The position numbers and the translations under genes were made by a program. The notes beneath the pieces were generated by a model that saw only the letters and a list, made by a program, of their open reading frames with translations, did not search any database and was not told where the DNA came from. From positions 1,922,001 to 1,986,000 of the forward strand of contig OZ176058.1 of the NCBI GenBank assembly GCA_964247055.1: 64,000 nucleotides of DNA, given 5' to 3'. Of the stretch, positions 12,721-26,104 are shown piece after piece (position 1 is the stretch's first letter; every line of letters starts with the position of its first letter). The DNA is from Paragordius varius (Eukaryota; Animalia; Nematomorpha).

Positions 12721-14599
12721 TAATTAATGTTTAAAATGTATTAGAAAATATTAGCAAATGCAATTTAAAAATTTATTTTATAGTAATTTTGAAAGTATAA
12801 AGTTTTCGGCACTATATATTATTAAATTATGTTTTTTTATAATATTATAGTCCAGCAAATAATCAATAGTTTTTTCTATTTATTACAAAATAGCAATGCA
12901 ATAGTACGAATTTTTATTTTTAATTTTTTTTAACATTTTACAATATTTATGATATGTTCAAAACATATTCTTTCTATTTATGGTATGCCTTAAAATGCCT
13001 AATATATTTAAGTGTTTTTAATAAAAAAGATGTAAATATTTTATATATAAATTTTCAAAAATATATTTTTATGTTTTATTCGATCAATTACTTAAATTTT
13101 AAATAGTTTAAATAATATTGCAATTAGGAAAATTTTATTCATATATAGCACACAATCGCAATGCAATTCTCATACTTTAAAAAATTATTATTATATCATT
13201 ATATATTTAATATAAAAAATTTATTTTTATTGGATATTTTATTTTAATAAATATTTTTATGTTTAAATTGAATTATGTTTAAATAAATAAGTAAACTTTA
13301 CAAATGCCAAATTTTGAAAAACTTTAAATAACGTTTGATGCAAAAGATATGGTGTCAATTTAACAACTAAAAAATTTAACTATTTACAAAAATAAATTGT
13401 CTGAATAAATTTTAAAATTTATGGTTTTTAGAATTAAAGTTTTTAATAAATATAGTAAAAACTGAATTATAAGGGAGCGGAAAAATATTACGACAAATAT
13501 TTTTTTTAAAAGACAACCATATTTTTTAAATCTAAATTTTTTTCCATCTAAATTATTTATTAACAATTATACAATATATAATTAATTGTGTTACCAATAG
13601 ACATCTTTATTCCATACTTTGCATTTTTAATAATTATTTAAATTGCAATAAATCAAGATTTAAAAAGTATGGTTGTTTTTTAACAAAAATATTTGTTTTT
13701 ATATTTTTACGTTTTATTTGTATAATTTCAGTTTTTACTGAAGCAGAGTTCTCGCATCCAAAGAGAAGTTTTATATTTTGATTTTTATAAAACTCCTGAT
13801 AGGATGCAATATATTTTAAATTCCCTTTTATAAAATAATACATTTAAGTATTCACAAATAACCGTTTATATGGCAAATAATTTAATTTTATCACGCAAGT
13901 TAGGCATTTTTGCTTTAATTTAATGGACTGTGGAATATTATAAATATATAATTTTGAATCCAATTTATTCATGAAATTCCAGCAATACATTTTCTTGATA
14001 ATATTTAATCTTTAATATAAATAAACAAATAAATAAGATATTCTAAAAAAGACATTTATATAAAATACAATCTAGTTAATGTTTATTCATGGATTTTTAC
14101 TAATTTTTAAAAACTTCAATATTTAAAATATCACCATCTAAACTTTTGTAATATAACACTAAATAATATATATATATTATATATATATAATTGTAATTCC
14201 AAAGTCTATATATACAATATTTATAAAATAAAAATAATTATTCACGATAAACAATTAGTAGTTGACAAGGTTTCATATATATATATATATTATTTTTTCA
14301 TAATATTTTATTTTTATAATCATATATATATTAAAAATTCAACGGTATATATATATATATATGTTTATATTATAATTTAAATATATTGTAAAATAATCAA
14401 AATATTTGATTTTTTGGCTTTATAATATGTTTGGGCAGGTGCACATTTTTAAGGGTGTTTTAAATCGGATATCTTACCAATTTTGGGTTTTTTTATAATA
14501 ATTATTGAATTTTTATTAAAACATATTTTCTAATTTGTTAAACATTTGAAAATTCAAGAATTTCATTATGAACAAGTAAATAATTTTTGTAGGAATTTA

Positions 14600-14893
14600 C
14601 AGTAAAAAATATAATTATACGGACAAAACTTATTTATTAAGACAAATATTTTTTTCTAAAAGACAACCACATACTCTTTAAAACCTTAATTTTCTATAAA
14701 CTATTTTTGTTACAAGTGTAAAATGTAGAATTGATTGTATTAGTAATATATATCTCTATATCACACTTTGCCATTTAAAACAATAGGCTATATTGAAATA
14801 AATCAAGATTTAAAAAAGTATGGTTGTCTTTTAGAAAAAAAAATATTTGTCTTTATATTTTTACGTTTTGTCAGTATAATTTTAGTTTTACTG
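14600..14893. mobile_element. MITE family 1 (TA|CAGTAAAA... ~85-bp TIR, ~280-300 bp), representative copy
   Basis: TA|cagtaaaaa..ttatacggacaaaac...agacaacca ... tggttgtctt...ttttgtc..tataatttt..ttttactg|TA. Further copies at about 7875-8189, 16124-16414, 18660-18923, 19685-19973, 20218-20509, 20822-21104, 24868-25142, 25302-25584, 26206-26504, 34037-34325, 43332-43572, 46329-46597, 52921-53228, 63670-63959. Confidence 0.85.
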
Positions 14894-15423
14894 TAATAAA
14901 ACAATATAATTGCATAGTGTCGCAAATATTAAACCTGCACATAAACGCAAATAAACTCGCTAAACAAATTATATTCATTATGCCTGTAATGAACTATAAA
15001 GGGCTAGTATACTTGTATTAAAACTCACCTAATTTATTTCCAATATTAGTTTTCTATGAAAAAATGTTTTTGCTAAATTTCAAGATTTTTATAATATCGC
15101 AAAAAATTTGGTTAAAATTAAATTTAAGAATTCAAATATTCACAAGAAATAAAAATTAAGATAAAATAACTCAAGTTTCTCTTGGTCTTATTCCAAACTT
15201 TTATATTATGATACAAAATAATCAAATAAATGAATAAATTAAATATATAATATATTATATATATCATATTTTTATATTTTTATAAGTAAAAATTATAAAC
15301 ATTTAGAAACAATTTGCTTAAAAGGTTGACAAAATTTATATTTGAATAAATATATAGACATATATATCGACAATTCCAAAAAAAGTATATTCTATAAATA
15401 TATATACAATATATATATATATA

Positions 15424-15810
15424 CCATTTACAGTTCAAATTCACCCTTAAACAATTCAAATTCACCCTTAAACAATTCTAATTCACCCTTGAACAATTCA
15501 AATTCACCCTTGAACAATTCAAATTCACCCTAAAAATAAAATATGTGTTTTCGAACTAATATAACTCATTATTAATAAAAATATATCTTTATGGCATAAT
15601 TAATTATTTTTTCAGTATATTTTAATTTAAAACAAAATTTTATTTTTTAAAAATATATTAAAATATAGGTAATTTTTAATCTTAAAAAACATGTTAATTA
15701 TTTGAGGGTGAATTTGAATTGTTCGAGGGTGAATTTGAATTGTTCAAGGGTGAATTTGAATTGTTTAAGGGTGAATTTGAATTGTTTAAGGGTGAATTTG
15801 AACTGTAAAT

Positions 15811-15812
<2 letters not shown>
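15424..15812. mobile_element. MITE family 2 (TATA|CCATTTACAGTTCAAATTCACCC TIR with 21-bp subterminal repeats), representative copy
   Basis: Inverted arms built of ttcaaattcacccttgaacaa repeats, flanked by TA-rich sites. Other copies at about 12263-12501, 22945-23255, 25744-25996, 35018-43010 (split by the Helitron), 46600-46964, 47244-47462, 50945-51272. Confidence 0.85.
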
Positions 15813-15854
<42 letters not shown>

Positions 15855-15943
15855 AAAATCATATTTGATTTTTTTGCTTTATGATTTGTTTGAGCAGGTG
15901 AAATTTTCAAGGGCGTTTTTAAATCGGATATCTACCATATTTT

Positions 15944-15989
<46 letters not shown>

Positions 15990-17812
15990 TATATATAAAT
16001 TATTAATTTTTATAAGTAAAACATTTATTTTATATTTGAAAAATATTAAAAGCCCAAATAATTCATTATGGACAAGTAAAATAATTTGTATTAATTTTGT
16101 AAAAATTCAACAAATTACAATTACAGTAAAAATTAAAATTATAAGGACAAAACGTAAAAATATAAAGACAAATATTTTTTTTTAAAAGACAACCCTACTT
16201 TTTTAAAACTTATTTTTTCTTATATATACTACTTGATTATGCTTTTAAATGATAAAATAAATTATGTCAATATAGATATCAATTCTATAATATACCATTT
16301 GAAACAATGAGTTTTATTTCAAAAATGAAGCTTAAAAAAGTATGGTTATCTTTTGGAAAATATTTTTTGTCTATATATTTTTACGTTTTGTCCCCATAAT
16401 TTTAATTTTTACTGTATATACTTTATGTGTATTCAAAAAGTATGGTCGTCTTATTTATATATGGATATATTATGCCTCTAGTTTTTGACGTATAATTCAA
16501 TTTTTACTGTAATATTATAAAACTATTAATCAAATTATTTCCATCTAATTATAAATTGTTGTGAAAAGAGAATTACTTTCATTAAAAAAATATATTTTTA
16601 GTGGTTTTGGCTTTAAATTTTTTATTTAAGCAGGTGCGAATTGAATGGCTTTCAAATTGGATGCATTACCTATTTTTAGCTAATAATTAATAAAAACTCG
16701 TTTAAATTTTATTTTTTGTCAGAAAATAAATTCTTTAAAAAATTAATATCCTATTCACTAAATGGAAAAGTAAAATTTTTCTTTTCATTAAAATTTTTAA
16801 ATATTGTTAATGTATCCAAATAAATTTTATATCCTAATATTTTAATTTTAAAGAAAAAACATAATCTTTGATTTATAAAATTATATATGTAAAATAAGGA
16901 TAATATTAAAACTCTATCATCTTTTGGGGTAAGTTATATCTCAATTGGAAATTTGAATATCTTAAAAAGTATTTAAGGTATTCAAATTTAATAATATGCT
17001 TTTTTTAGCCTTTCTGGCGCATTAAACAAAAATATTTTTTGAAAATGCAAATTGGTAAAAATCCTCTATTTAACAATTTTTGCGGTCATTTTTTGGTGTT
17101 TTATAAGCCCTAAACTGTTAAAAATTAATTTAGTTATAAATATAATTATCAAACATTGTTCTCATGTATTAGATAAAGAGCTTATATTTTTACGGTTTTA
17201 TTTAAGAGACTAAAATTTGAACAGCTCCAAAACTCGATTAAAACGAACAGCTGATATTAAAATCTAAATAAGGTTTGCTGGTAAAATGTTGCCTTAAAGC
17301 TTTTTAAGTCAATTATTCATTTTCTAACTATAATATACATTTACCTGTATTAGTTATTTAAGAAAAATAGCGGCTAAAAAGTTTATGGGGATTTTTTTTT
17401 GAATTATACGCCTAAGCCAAAGAAAGCATATTTTTAAATACGGCCACCTAAAACAAATACTTTAAAGTTAATCAAATCACACTCAGATCGTCATGAAGTT
17501 CTATAGGTTACAAATGAACAAAGTATCTCCAATGTATTTTATATTATTATATAAGAATGTATGACAATACCTAAAGCTTTGCCATAATAGATTTAAAAAC
17601 TTACTCTCTATTACAAATCTCAAAATTTTTTTTTGAATCTAGCACGTCGGGTTTATTGAGTCAAAAATGCGGTCGAAGCTCGTTCATTGCAATTTCCTTA
17701 AAATATTTTTTTATACTATAGTTTAAATTGTAGATGTTTAAATTCCTTTATATTTTATATTAATTTTTTGCCAAGTACCAATAGCAATACAGAAGAAGGC
17801 AGTACAATAAGC

Positions 17813-20621
17813 ATGTGTGGGGAATATAAATGCCCGCCTTATCAGGTGATCTGCACAAATCAAGAGGGCGCATTCGAAATCCGAAAATATGAAACTACCC
17901 AATGGGCTGTGGCTCAAGATAGCTCAGTTTTTAAATGGAAGGCCATTAATGATGCTTTTAAAGAGCTGTTTAAATACATAAAAGGTTATGTTAAATCGAA
18001 AGTTTTATAAGGAAATCGTGGAATTCGTAAAACTTTTAAAATTGAAAATTGATAAATTTTTTTGGCATTATTTCTTTTTGTAAACTCATATATAATTTTG
18101 TTTTTTTTGGTTGATATTTCCCATTTTTGGTTAATTTAACTCTTGAATTATAATAAAGTTACTTTGTAACTAAAAACCATATATGATACTATAAAAAAAT
18201 CTGTTTATTACAGATTGTAACTCAATAGTAACATAAATGAAATTGTTTTTCAAATTTTTATTAAAAAACATCAATTTTACCAAGATTTTAAATTGTTTAT
18301 ACATTTTAAAAATTACCTGATTCAAAACGGTTATTGAAATGCCTTTCGCTTATATATAAGCTAAATGATGTTATAATATTTCCAAATAATTAACAAGGGA
18401 TACTTTTAAAAAAATAATTTACAGATTAATTTATATAATTATATATTAAATAATAATTTAATTTTTATTTATTTTATATTTTTTAAAAAAATTGAAGTTA
18501 TTATCTTCACAGAATCAAATATTCAAATGACAGTACCTGTCCTTATCAAAGAACCACCAACGAATGATAAGACTTACAGCGTTTATTTCTATATGCCAAA
18601 TCCAATCAATTTACCCACAAATTCAAACGTAAATATATTTAAATTTATTTTTTTATATAAAATATGTACAAATTGAAATTATACGGACAAAACGTAAAAA
18701 TATAAGGATAAATATTTTTTTTAAAGACCACCATACTTTTTAATTCTTGATTTTTTTTCTAAATATGATTAACTGATTGTTTTAAACTTTAAAGTATAAT
18801 TTTGTAAATTACCATTTTTATTGAATGATTTTCATAGGATAGGTTAAAAAAGTATGGTTGTCTTTTGAAAAAAAAATTGTACTTATATTTTTATGTTTAG
18901 TCCGTATAATTTTAGATTTACTGTATTAAATGGGTATATATTCCCATTTTTATAAAATTAATCTGAAATATGTTCATTTGGGAAAAAATATTTTATCAAA
19001 CATATCCTAAGAATATTTTAAAATAAATTTCATCATAATTCATTGTTTTTCTTATTTTAACCATTTAATTGAACAGTTAACAGTTCAGACGTTTTAAATG
19101 CGTACACCAGGGGTGTCCAACAGGTGGTTTCGGAAAAACTTTGAGTGGCTCTTTGCAAAAAATAGTTTAATTCTTTGCAAAAAGTTTAATTTTTAAGTGA
19201 CATTTGTAAATTTTTTGATGATAAAAAGTAAAAATGGAAAATTGATTTGTATAAAAAAAATTATAATATTTTTCGTTATTTTTCATCATATTGATTTGAT
19301 CATTCATTTCCTTTTTTTAAATAATCTGAAAATCTTTAGAATACTTGATAATAAATATTGATTATTTGGCAAATTTAAAATATATTTAAAAAATATATTT
19401 TATCATAGAACATAATTAAAAACTAAATTTAAAAAAAATTCCATAGGTAAAAATCGAAGAGTTCCCAGCTCAAGCGTTTTACGTACGTCGTTACGAAGGC
19501 TACGTCAATAAATTGTATTATAATTCGGGCGAATATGAAAAGCTGGTTAAATCTCTGCAAGCTTTGGGAGTTAATATTCAATCAACACCTTATTATGTAG
19601 CTGGTTATAATTCGTAAGTTAAATATTTATATTTAAATTTTTGAATGATAAAAATTTTAAATACATTTCGTATGATTTGAAATAGGCAAAAATTAAAATT
19701 ATACTGGCAAAACGAAAAATATAAAGACAAATATAATTTTGATAAATGATAACCATACTTTTTATTTTTGATTTTATTAAAATACGAACCCTTGTTTAAA
19801 ATAGCAAATTATTAAATAGAGATATATATATGAGTAACAGAATCAATCATATATTTTACAATTGTTGGTAATTTATAATAAACAAATTAAGCTTAAAAAA
19901 GATGGTTGTATTTTGAAAAAAATATTTGTTTTTATGTTTTTACGTTTTGTCCATATAGTTTTTATTTTTACAGTACATATAACAATTGTATTCATTTCAG
20001 TTAAATGTACAACATAGTAAAAATAATAATTTTTGAAAATTGATAATTGTGTCTTTTTATCAGTATTATTAAAATTTAACTAAATATAAAATATAATCAT
20101 ACTTGTATTTTGCAAGCCAAAATGGATATTATAGAATGCAAAAATCTAAAACGGGTTTTCTTATAAAAACCTAGTTTATTTTTTATTTTTACATTTTTTT
20201 AATTTTTATTAGATACACAGTAAAATTGAAATTACATGGACTAAATGTAAAAATAAGACAAATTTTTATTTCAAAAGACAAACATACTTTTTCAAACCCT
20301 AATATTTCCCATAAAAATAAATTATAATTACAATCTTATAATACATAATTGATTGTGTTATCAATTTACATTTCTATTATATACTTTGGAATTTAAAGCA
20401 ATGAGTTTTATTTAAAAAATTAAGGTTTAAAAAGTATTGTTGTGTTTTAGAAAAAATATTTGTCTTTATATTTTCACATTTTGTCCGTATAATTTTAATT
20501 TTTTCTATGTATATATATATAATTTAGACCTTCTGAATTTACTAACCGGAGAAATGAAATTTGGATTCCAGCAAAAACCGAGGATGTCGAGAAAATTTGC
20601 AGCAATAATAAAAATAATTAA
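17813..20621 (+). CDS. SOUL/heme-binding protein family member, ~187 aa from ATG 17813; exons 17813-17984, 18012-18026 (micro-exon), 18513-18628, 19447-19613, 20528-20621
   Basis: MCGEYKCPPYQVICTNQEGAFEIRKYETTQWA...FKELFKYIKG(NRGIQ)SNIQMTVPV...VKIEEFPAQAFYVRRYEG...YYVAGYNSPSEFTNRRNEIWI carries the SOUL hallmarks (P.Y.V, E.R.Y, LF.YI.G, MT.PV, AGY.SP, RRNE.W). Phases are consistent. The micro-exon and the true start codon are less certain. Confidence 0.85.
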
Positions 20622-21627
20622 AAAATTTAATTATGAAAAGCTATTAGAAAAATTGTTAATTTGTCAAAATTATATATATACAAATTAGTCTAAATTCATT
20701 TTATTAATAATACAATTTATTTTCTCAAAATTTTAGCTGTAATTAGTAATTAAATGTGCAAAATTTATGTATGGTTTTAAATAAATTAAATTACAATATA
20801 TTTATGATAATATATATATATTTATAGAAAAAATTGAAAGTATACGGACAAAACGTAAAAATATAACGAAGTATTTTATTAAAAGACAACTGTACTTTTT
20901 TACACCTTAGTTTATCTTATAAAACGAATCGTAAACATAATTTATTGTGTTACCAATAAACATTTCTATAGAATAATTTGTAGTTTAAAACAATGAGTTA
21001 TATTATAAAAAAATAAAGATTAAAAAATTATGATTGTCTTTTTGAAAAAAATATTTGTCTTTATAGTTTCACATTTGTCCATAGAATAATTTCAATTTTT
21101 ACTGTATTTGACCATTTTTCAGAAAGCAACACTTTTTCAAGCAAACGCAACCTTTTTTAAGGAAATGCAACATTCTTAATTCCGTTTTAATAGAAATTGT
21201 TGCGTTTTGAAAAAATTTGCGTTTGAATGAAAAAGTGTTGTGTTTTTGTCTGAAAAATGGTTTTTGATGGTTGTTAATTACCTGTAAGCGATACAATGCT
21301 AATCGAATATTAAATAAAGATTTACATAATTATTATTTGTAATTTTACTCACTGAAATTTTAAGAGTATTTGAAAACGTTTTTGGGGTTTTTTAACAAAC
21401 ACAGGAAATTTTTATAAAATTTTAGTTATTTATTTTTTAAACAAAACAGTAATGGTGATATGCGCTAATCAACTAACTCCTTTACAAATCATTAATTATT
21501 GGAAAATGCAAGTTTATAAAAACTAGTTTTTATATAACTGATTATTATCTACGTAATAATTTATTGCAAATCAAATATTTTAATAATTTTGGGTAAATTT
21601 TGGTAACTTATTGAGTGTCAATGCTGT

Positions 21628-22683
21628 TTACATAGCAATTATCAGTTGTTGAATTGTCAAAAATGTAAGAGTATTTCCTGAATCCGCAATCTAATCGTAG
21701 ATATGTTCCAAGGAAATTTAAATTATACCGATAAAATGTAGAAAATTAACATTGTTTCTTATATTTTTTATATATACCTAAATTACAATTTTGAAATTTA
21801 AGCGTGTTAAAATCCCAAACTATTTAAAAGAAAAAACGTAGAAATATAAAAGACTAATATTTTTCATATGGCAAACAATATTTTAAGACCATAGATGTTT
21901 TTTACATAAACCAAATTACAGTTTTGAAATACAGTCATCCATGTATCCTTTATTTTATCAAAAATTTATTTTCTTTCGTATGGGTATAAATATTTCTTAA
22001 AGAATGAAAAAAACACAATATCATATTTATCAAATTATAAGAATTACCATAGAGCTCTTGTTTTTTCCATTTTTTACCAAATATTAATACCCATTTAACA
22101 AAAAAAAATAAATTTTTGTTAAATGGATGCATGACTGTATATAATTAAGTACATATTCCAATTTACAATATATAATATATTTAGAGCAACCCCAAACGAT
22201 AAGCTATATTTTAGAAATTAACGTTCGAAAAAGTATTTGTGTTTTTATAAAATTTAATCTTTACCATTTATGTTCTGTCCTTATAATTTAAATTTTTACT
22301 GCAATCAGACAAATTCAAGTTTCAATAGTATAGGCTTTTTACAAAAAATAGTCATAAATTTTATAACTTTAAAAACTGAAAAATCAATATTTTTAGACAT
22401 ATGGAATAAAATACATTTCTTTTTAGAATGTAATTCATAATTTCAATTTTTTTACAACTAAAGAAAATTACCGTAATTATTAACGGGTCTGAAGTTAGAT
22501 TCGCCACCATCAAGTTGTATGTAAAATTTGCGGATCCTTTATCTAAAATAAAAAAAAATATTTTAAGCCTAAATTTTTGCGAAAAAGTTAAATCTAAATT
22601 TTTAAAATATTACAATGTATATGTAAAATGACAATTTGAAAACTGACATATTAACCGCAAAATTTGATATACACCACACTTTT

Positions 22684-22721
<38 letters not shown>

Positions 22722-25700
22722 TTTATAAATTTTAAATTTCACTTTACATCAAATAAATTAATATTATAACATATTGTTCACCACTTTTGGCATATTTACA
22801 TTTTACATGATGAAAAAAGATATCCAACTTTTTTTTTAATGACCAACTAAAAGCACTATAAAAACAATTGAATTTCTTATTAGATTATATATTGAAATGT
22901 GGGAACAAAATTACTTTAGCGCGCAAAGATCAGACTCAATATATACCATCTACACTTCAAATTTACCCTTTTCCATTTTAATATACTCTTAAACAATTCA
23001 ATCATCCAACAATTTAAATTCAGCCTAAAATAATTTATGTGTTATTTAAGAAATATATTACTTTTCTATTACCAAAAATGAAAGTTTGTTGAAAATTAAA
23101 ATTATACTTAAATAATAAACTTTGCCTTAAAGAAATATTTCAGTTTAATGATGAGTTATATTAGCCGGAAAACATATAATTTATTTTTAGGGTGAATTTC
23201 AATTTTTTAAGGGTATTTTTGAATTGTTCAAGGGTATATTCGAATCGTAAATGATATAACTCAAATAGTTACTTTTGCAACAAAACTGAACTTGAAAAAA
23301 ACGAGTATTTACTTACTTGCACATACTATAGGGTAGGTCGCTGGTGGAGGATCTTGTTTTGCTGTTAAAGTGTAGTTATGCAAACCACTAGTAAAAGCTT
23401 TAAAAATGGTATAATATAAATTGGAATATAGAAGTAATTAAATTTACAGTATTCAAAGATAATCGAAATTAGAGTAAAAATTAAAATTATAAGTAAAAAC
23501 ATAAAAACAAATATTAGACCGCTAAAATAACTTGATTTTTTTCCCACATAACTCATTAGTTTAAAATGCAAAGTATTGAGATACTAATTTGTAACACAAT
23601 AATTTTGTATTTAACAATTAGTAACAAATAAGATTTATAAAAAGTATGATTGCCTCTTAAAAATTGTTATATTCAAATTTTCTATGGATTAAAAATTGAG
23701 GCTAACGGCAAAACCTTAAAAGTAAGACAAATTTATTTAGTTAAAGTCAACCATAATTTAAACTTTACTTTATATACATAGTCTAAAATTTAGAGTTGGA
23801 TATATAGATATGTAAATTGGTAAGACAATCTAAATTTAAAATTATAATCCGTTCTAGGAAAGTTTCTGTCACTTTTAAAAAAATTTGCTTTTTTGTTTTA
23901 GGTTTTGTCTGCATAATTTAAACTTTTATTATACCCTTTTATAATTTATTTTTATTAATTATTGCATCCCGTAAATATAAACTGTATTTTTTTATACTTT
24001 AGAAACATGCAAGAAACATTTCCTAATCCTTTCAAAACCAAAAACATTAGGTTACGTATAAATTAAAATATACGCGGCGACTAAAAAACACATGTCTTTT
24101 ACTTTTTATAGTTTGTGAATTTTATAATTTTAATTTTGCCACATAACCGATTTTATTCAACCCGATTTGTTTAAAATACTAATGTCAAAATAATATTTGG
24201 TCGATTTTTATAAAACGTGTGTGTGTTTGATAACATTTTCATTCTTTAATAAGGGGAATCCGATACTAAAATTGCAGGATTTAAAAATATTGATGTTTTT
24301 TTAATTAGTTTTACGGATTTAAAATTATTTCAAATTAAAATGAATGGATTTATAAAAAAATATATCAAAAATATTTTAAATCTGTTATAAACTATTTATT
24401 ACCAAAATATGTCCATGTTACATAAAGTATCTTTTTTGAAAAATGTAAAATTAAATATTAAGACAATATTTAAAATATAAAATATATATAAAGAATTAAA
24501 CTCAATAAATTAATTATTATAAAATTATATATGACTTGCTTTCCCTAGCGGGAATCTCATAGAGATGTTCAAAAGACAACCATTTGTACCCGTTGGTGTT
24601 ATAATGCTTATTGCGCCTTTTCTTAATATATAACGTTGAGTTGATAAAGTCATACCATCTTTCAAGCATCCACCTTGTATTATTTTTATATAAAAAATAT
24701 AAAATTCTCGTTTTAAAATATAAATTATGGGGGCAAAAATACAACAAGTAGATTAATATTAAATTTTATGGATATATTATCGTTTTTTATTTATTCTATA
24801 ATATGGATTTTAAGGCTCACTTTCGGATTAAGAAACCAATTTTCTATTTATAAAATTAGGAATACTACAGTAAAAATTAAAATTATATGGACAAAACGTA
24901 AAAATATAATGACAATTATATATTTTATCAAAAGACAGCCATACTTTTATAATCATAATTTTTTTAAATATAACTCATTGTTTTAAACTGCAAAGTATAA
25001 AATAGAAATGTAAATTCGTAATACAAACACTTATATATTTTACAATTCAAATGTTTTTTATAGGATAAATTAAAGTTTATAAAAGTGTGGTTGTCTTTTG
25101 AAATAAAAATTTGCCTAGTCCGTATAATTTCCAATTTTACTGTAATATAGCTAACATTTTTTCTAAAATTAGATATTATCTAACCTTTGATGATAGATAA
25201 AAAGCACATATAACCCTAGAAAATATCTATCCGCTGTAATTTGTTAAAATTATATTATAAAACTCATTGTTTGAAACCACACAGTATGAAATAGGGATGT
25301 ACAGTAAAAACTGAAATTATAAGGAGTAAAAATATAAAGGCAAATATTTTTTTGCCAAAAGACAGTCTACTTTTAAAATAATGATTTTTTTAATATAACT
25401 CATTGTTTAAAATGTCAAAGTGTAAAATAAAGATATATGTTACTAGGATAATCAACTCTAAATTTTACAATTGTAACTAAAAAGCTTATTTATGAAAGAT
25501 TAAGGTTTAAAAAAGTATGGTTGTCTTTTAAATAAAATGTCTTTATATTTTAACGTTTTGTCCGTATAATTTTAATTTTTATTGTAAATTGCTGGGTAAT
25601 ACAATCGATTTTATATTTGACAATCTTTGTTAAATAATTTATGATAATATAATTGATGTGCAAAAAAATTGTTTGCCTTTTGAAAAAAAATTGTCTCTAT

Positions 25701-26104
25701 GTTTTACCTTCCTGTATAATTTCAAATTTTATGATATAATATACCATTTGCAATACAAATTCACCCTTGAACAATTCAAATTTACCCTCGAACAATTCAA
25801 ACTCACTAAAATAAATTATGTGTGTTATAAAATTAAAATTCACCTATATTTAAATATATTTTTAAAAAATAAATTTTGTTTTAAATTAAAATAATGAAAA
25901 AATAATAAAGTATGCCATTAAGTATTTCATATTAATAATGAGTTATACTAGTTCGACAACACGTAATTGTTTAGGGTGAATTTGAACTGTAAATGGTATA
26001 TATTTAAGGTGTATCAAACCTTTTATGGTAGATAAATGGCACAAAGCTCCAACCATGGCAAACATGATTACGATTTTACTAACGCAGATATTTTGAGTTG
26101 TCAT
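21628..26104 (-). CDS. Unrecognised putative secreted or surface protein, ~145 aa; exons 26104-26020, 24673-24536, 23397-23317, 22542-22472, 21690-21628
   Basis: MTTQNICVSKIVIMFAMVGALCHLSTIKG-GCLKDGMTLSTQRYILRKGAISIITPTGTNGCLLNISMRFPLGKAT-FTSGLHNYTLTAKQDPPPATYPIVCAN-KGSANFTYNLMVANLTSDPLIIT-IADSGNTLTFLTIQQLIIAM*. Five GC-richer islands, each bounded by AG/GT, join in one frame (phases 1,1,1,0). N-terminus is signal-peptide-like. Absent from the ORF track in this frame. The last exon is uncertain. Confidence 0.7.
21932..22137. mobile_element. Short MITE, TA|CAGTCATCCATG...GGATGCATGACTG|TA
   Basis: Imperfect TIR with TA flanks; same CAGTCAT terminus as the 10562-11688 element. Confidence 0.6.

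Larger units (their letters stand above)
8610..13000 (+). repeat. Segmental duplicate of window region ~20-3200 (carries RPA3)
   Basis: Collinear diverged matches, e.g. 55 'aaaactattttctttatcataattt' vs ~8648, 1395 'tgtactccttgaacagtaaat' vs ~10010, all four RPA3 exons, and 3' flanks. The offset grows from ~8.6 to ~9.7 kb across the 10562-11688 insertion. Confidence 0.85.

Noticed and set aside
15280-16185. ORFs with NNSNSPL / RVNLNC / QFKFTL / YI repeats
   Set aside because: Translations of the 21-bp MITE repeats and (TA)n tracts.
24517-24747. 76-aa minus ORF, and a plus-strand HIG1-like 'KRQPFVPVG' reading
   Set aside because: A third frame of the same segment joins in phase with flanking exons of the secreted-protein gene; the others have no supporting exons.
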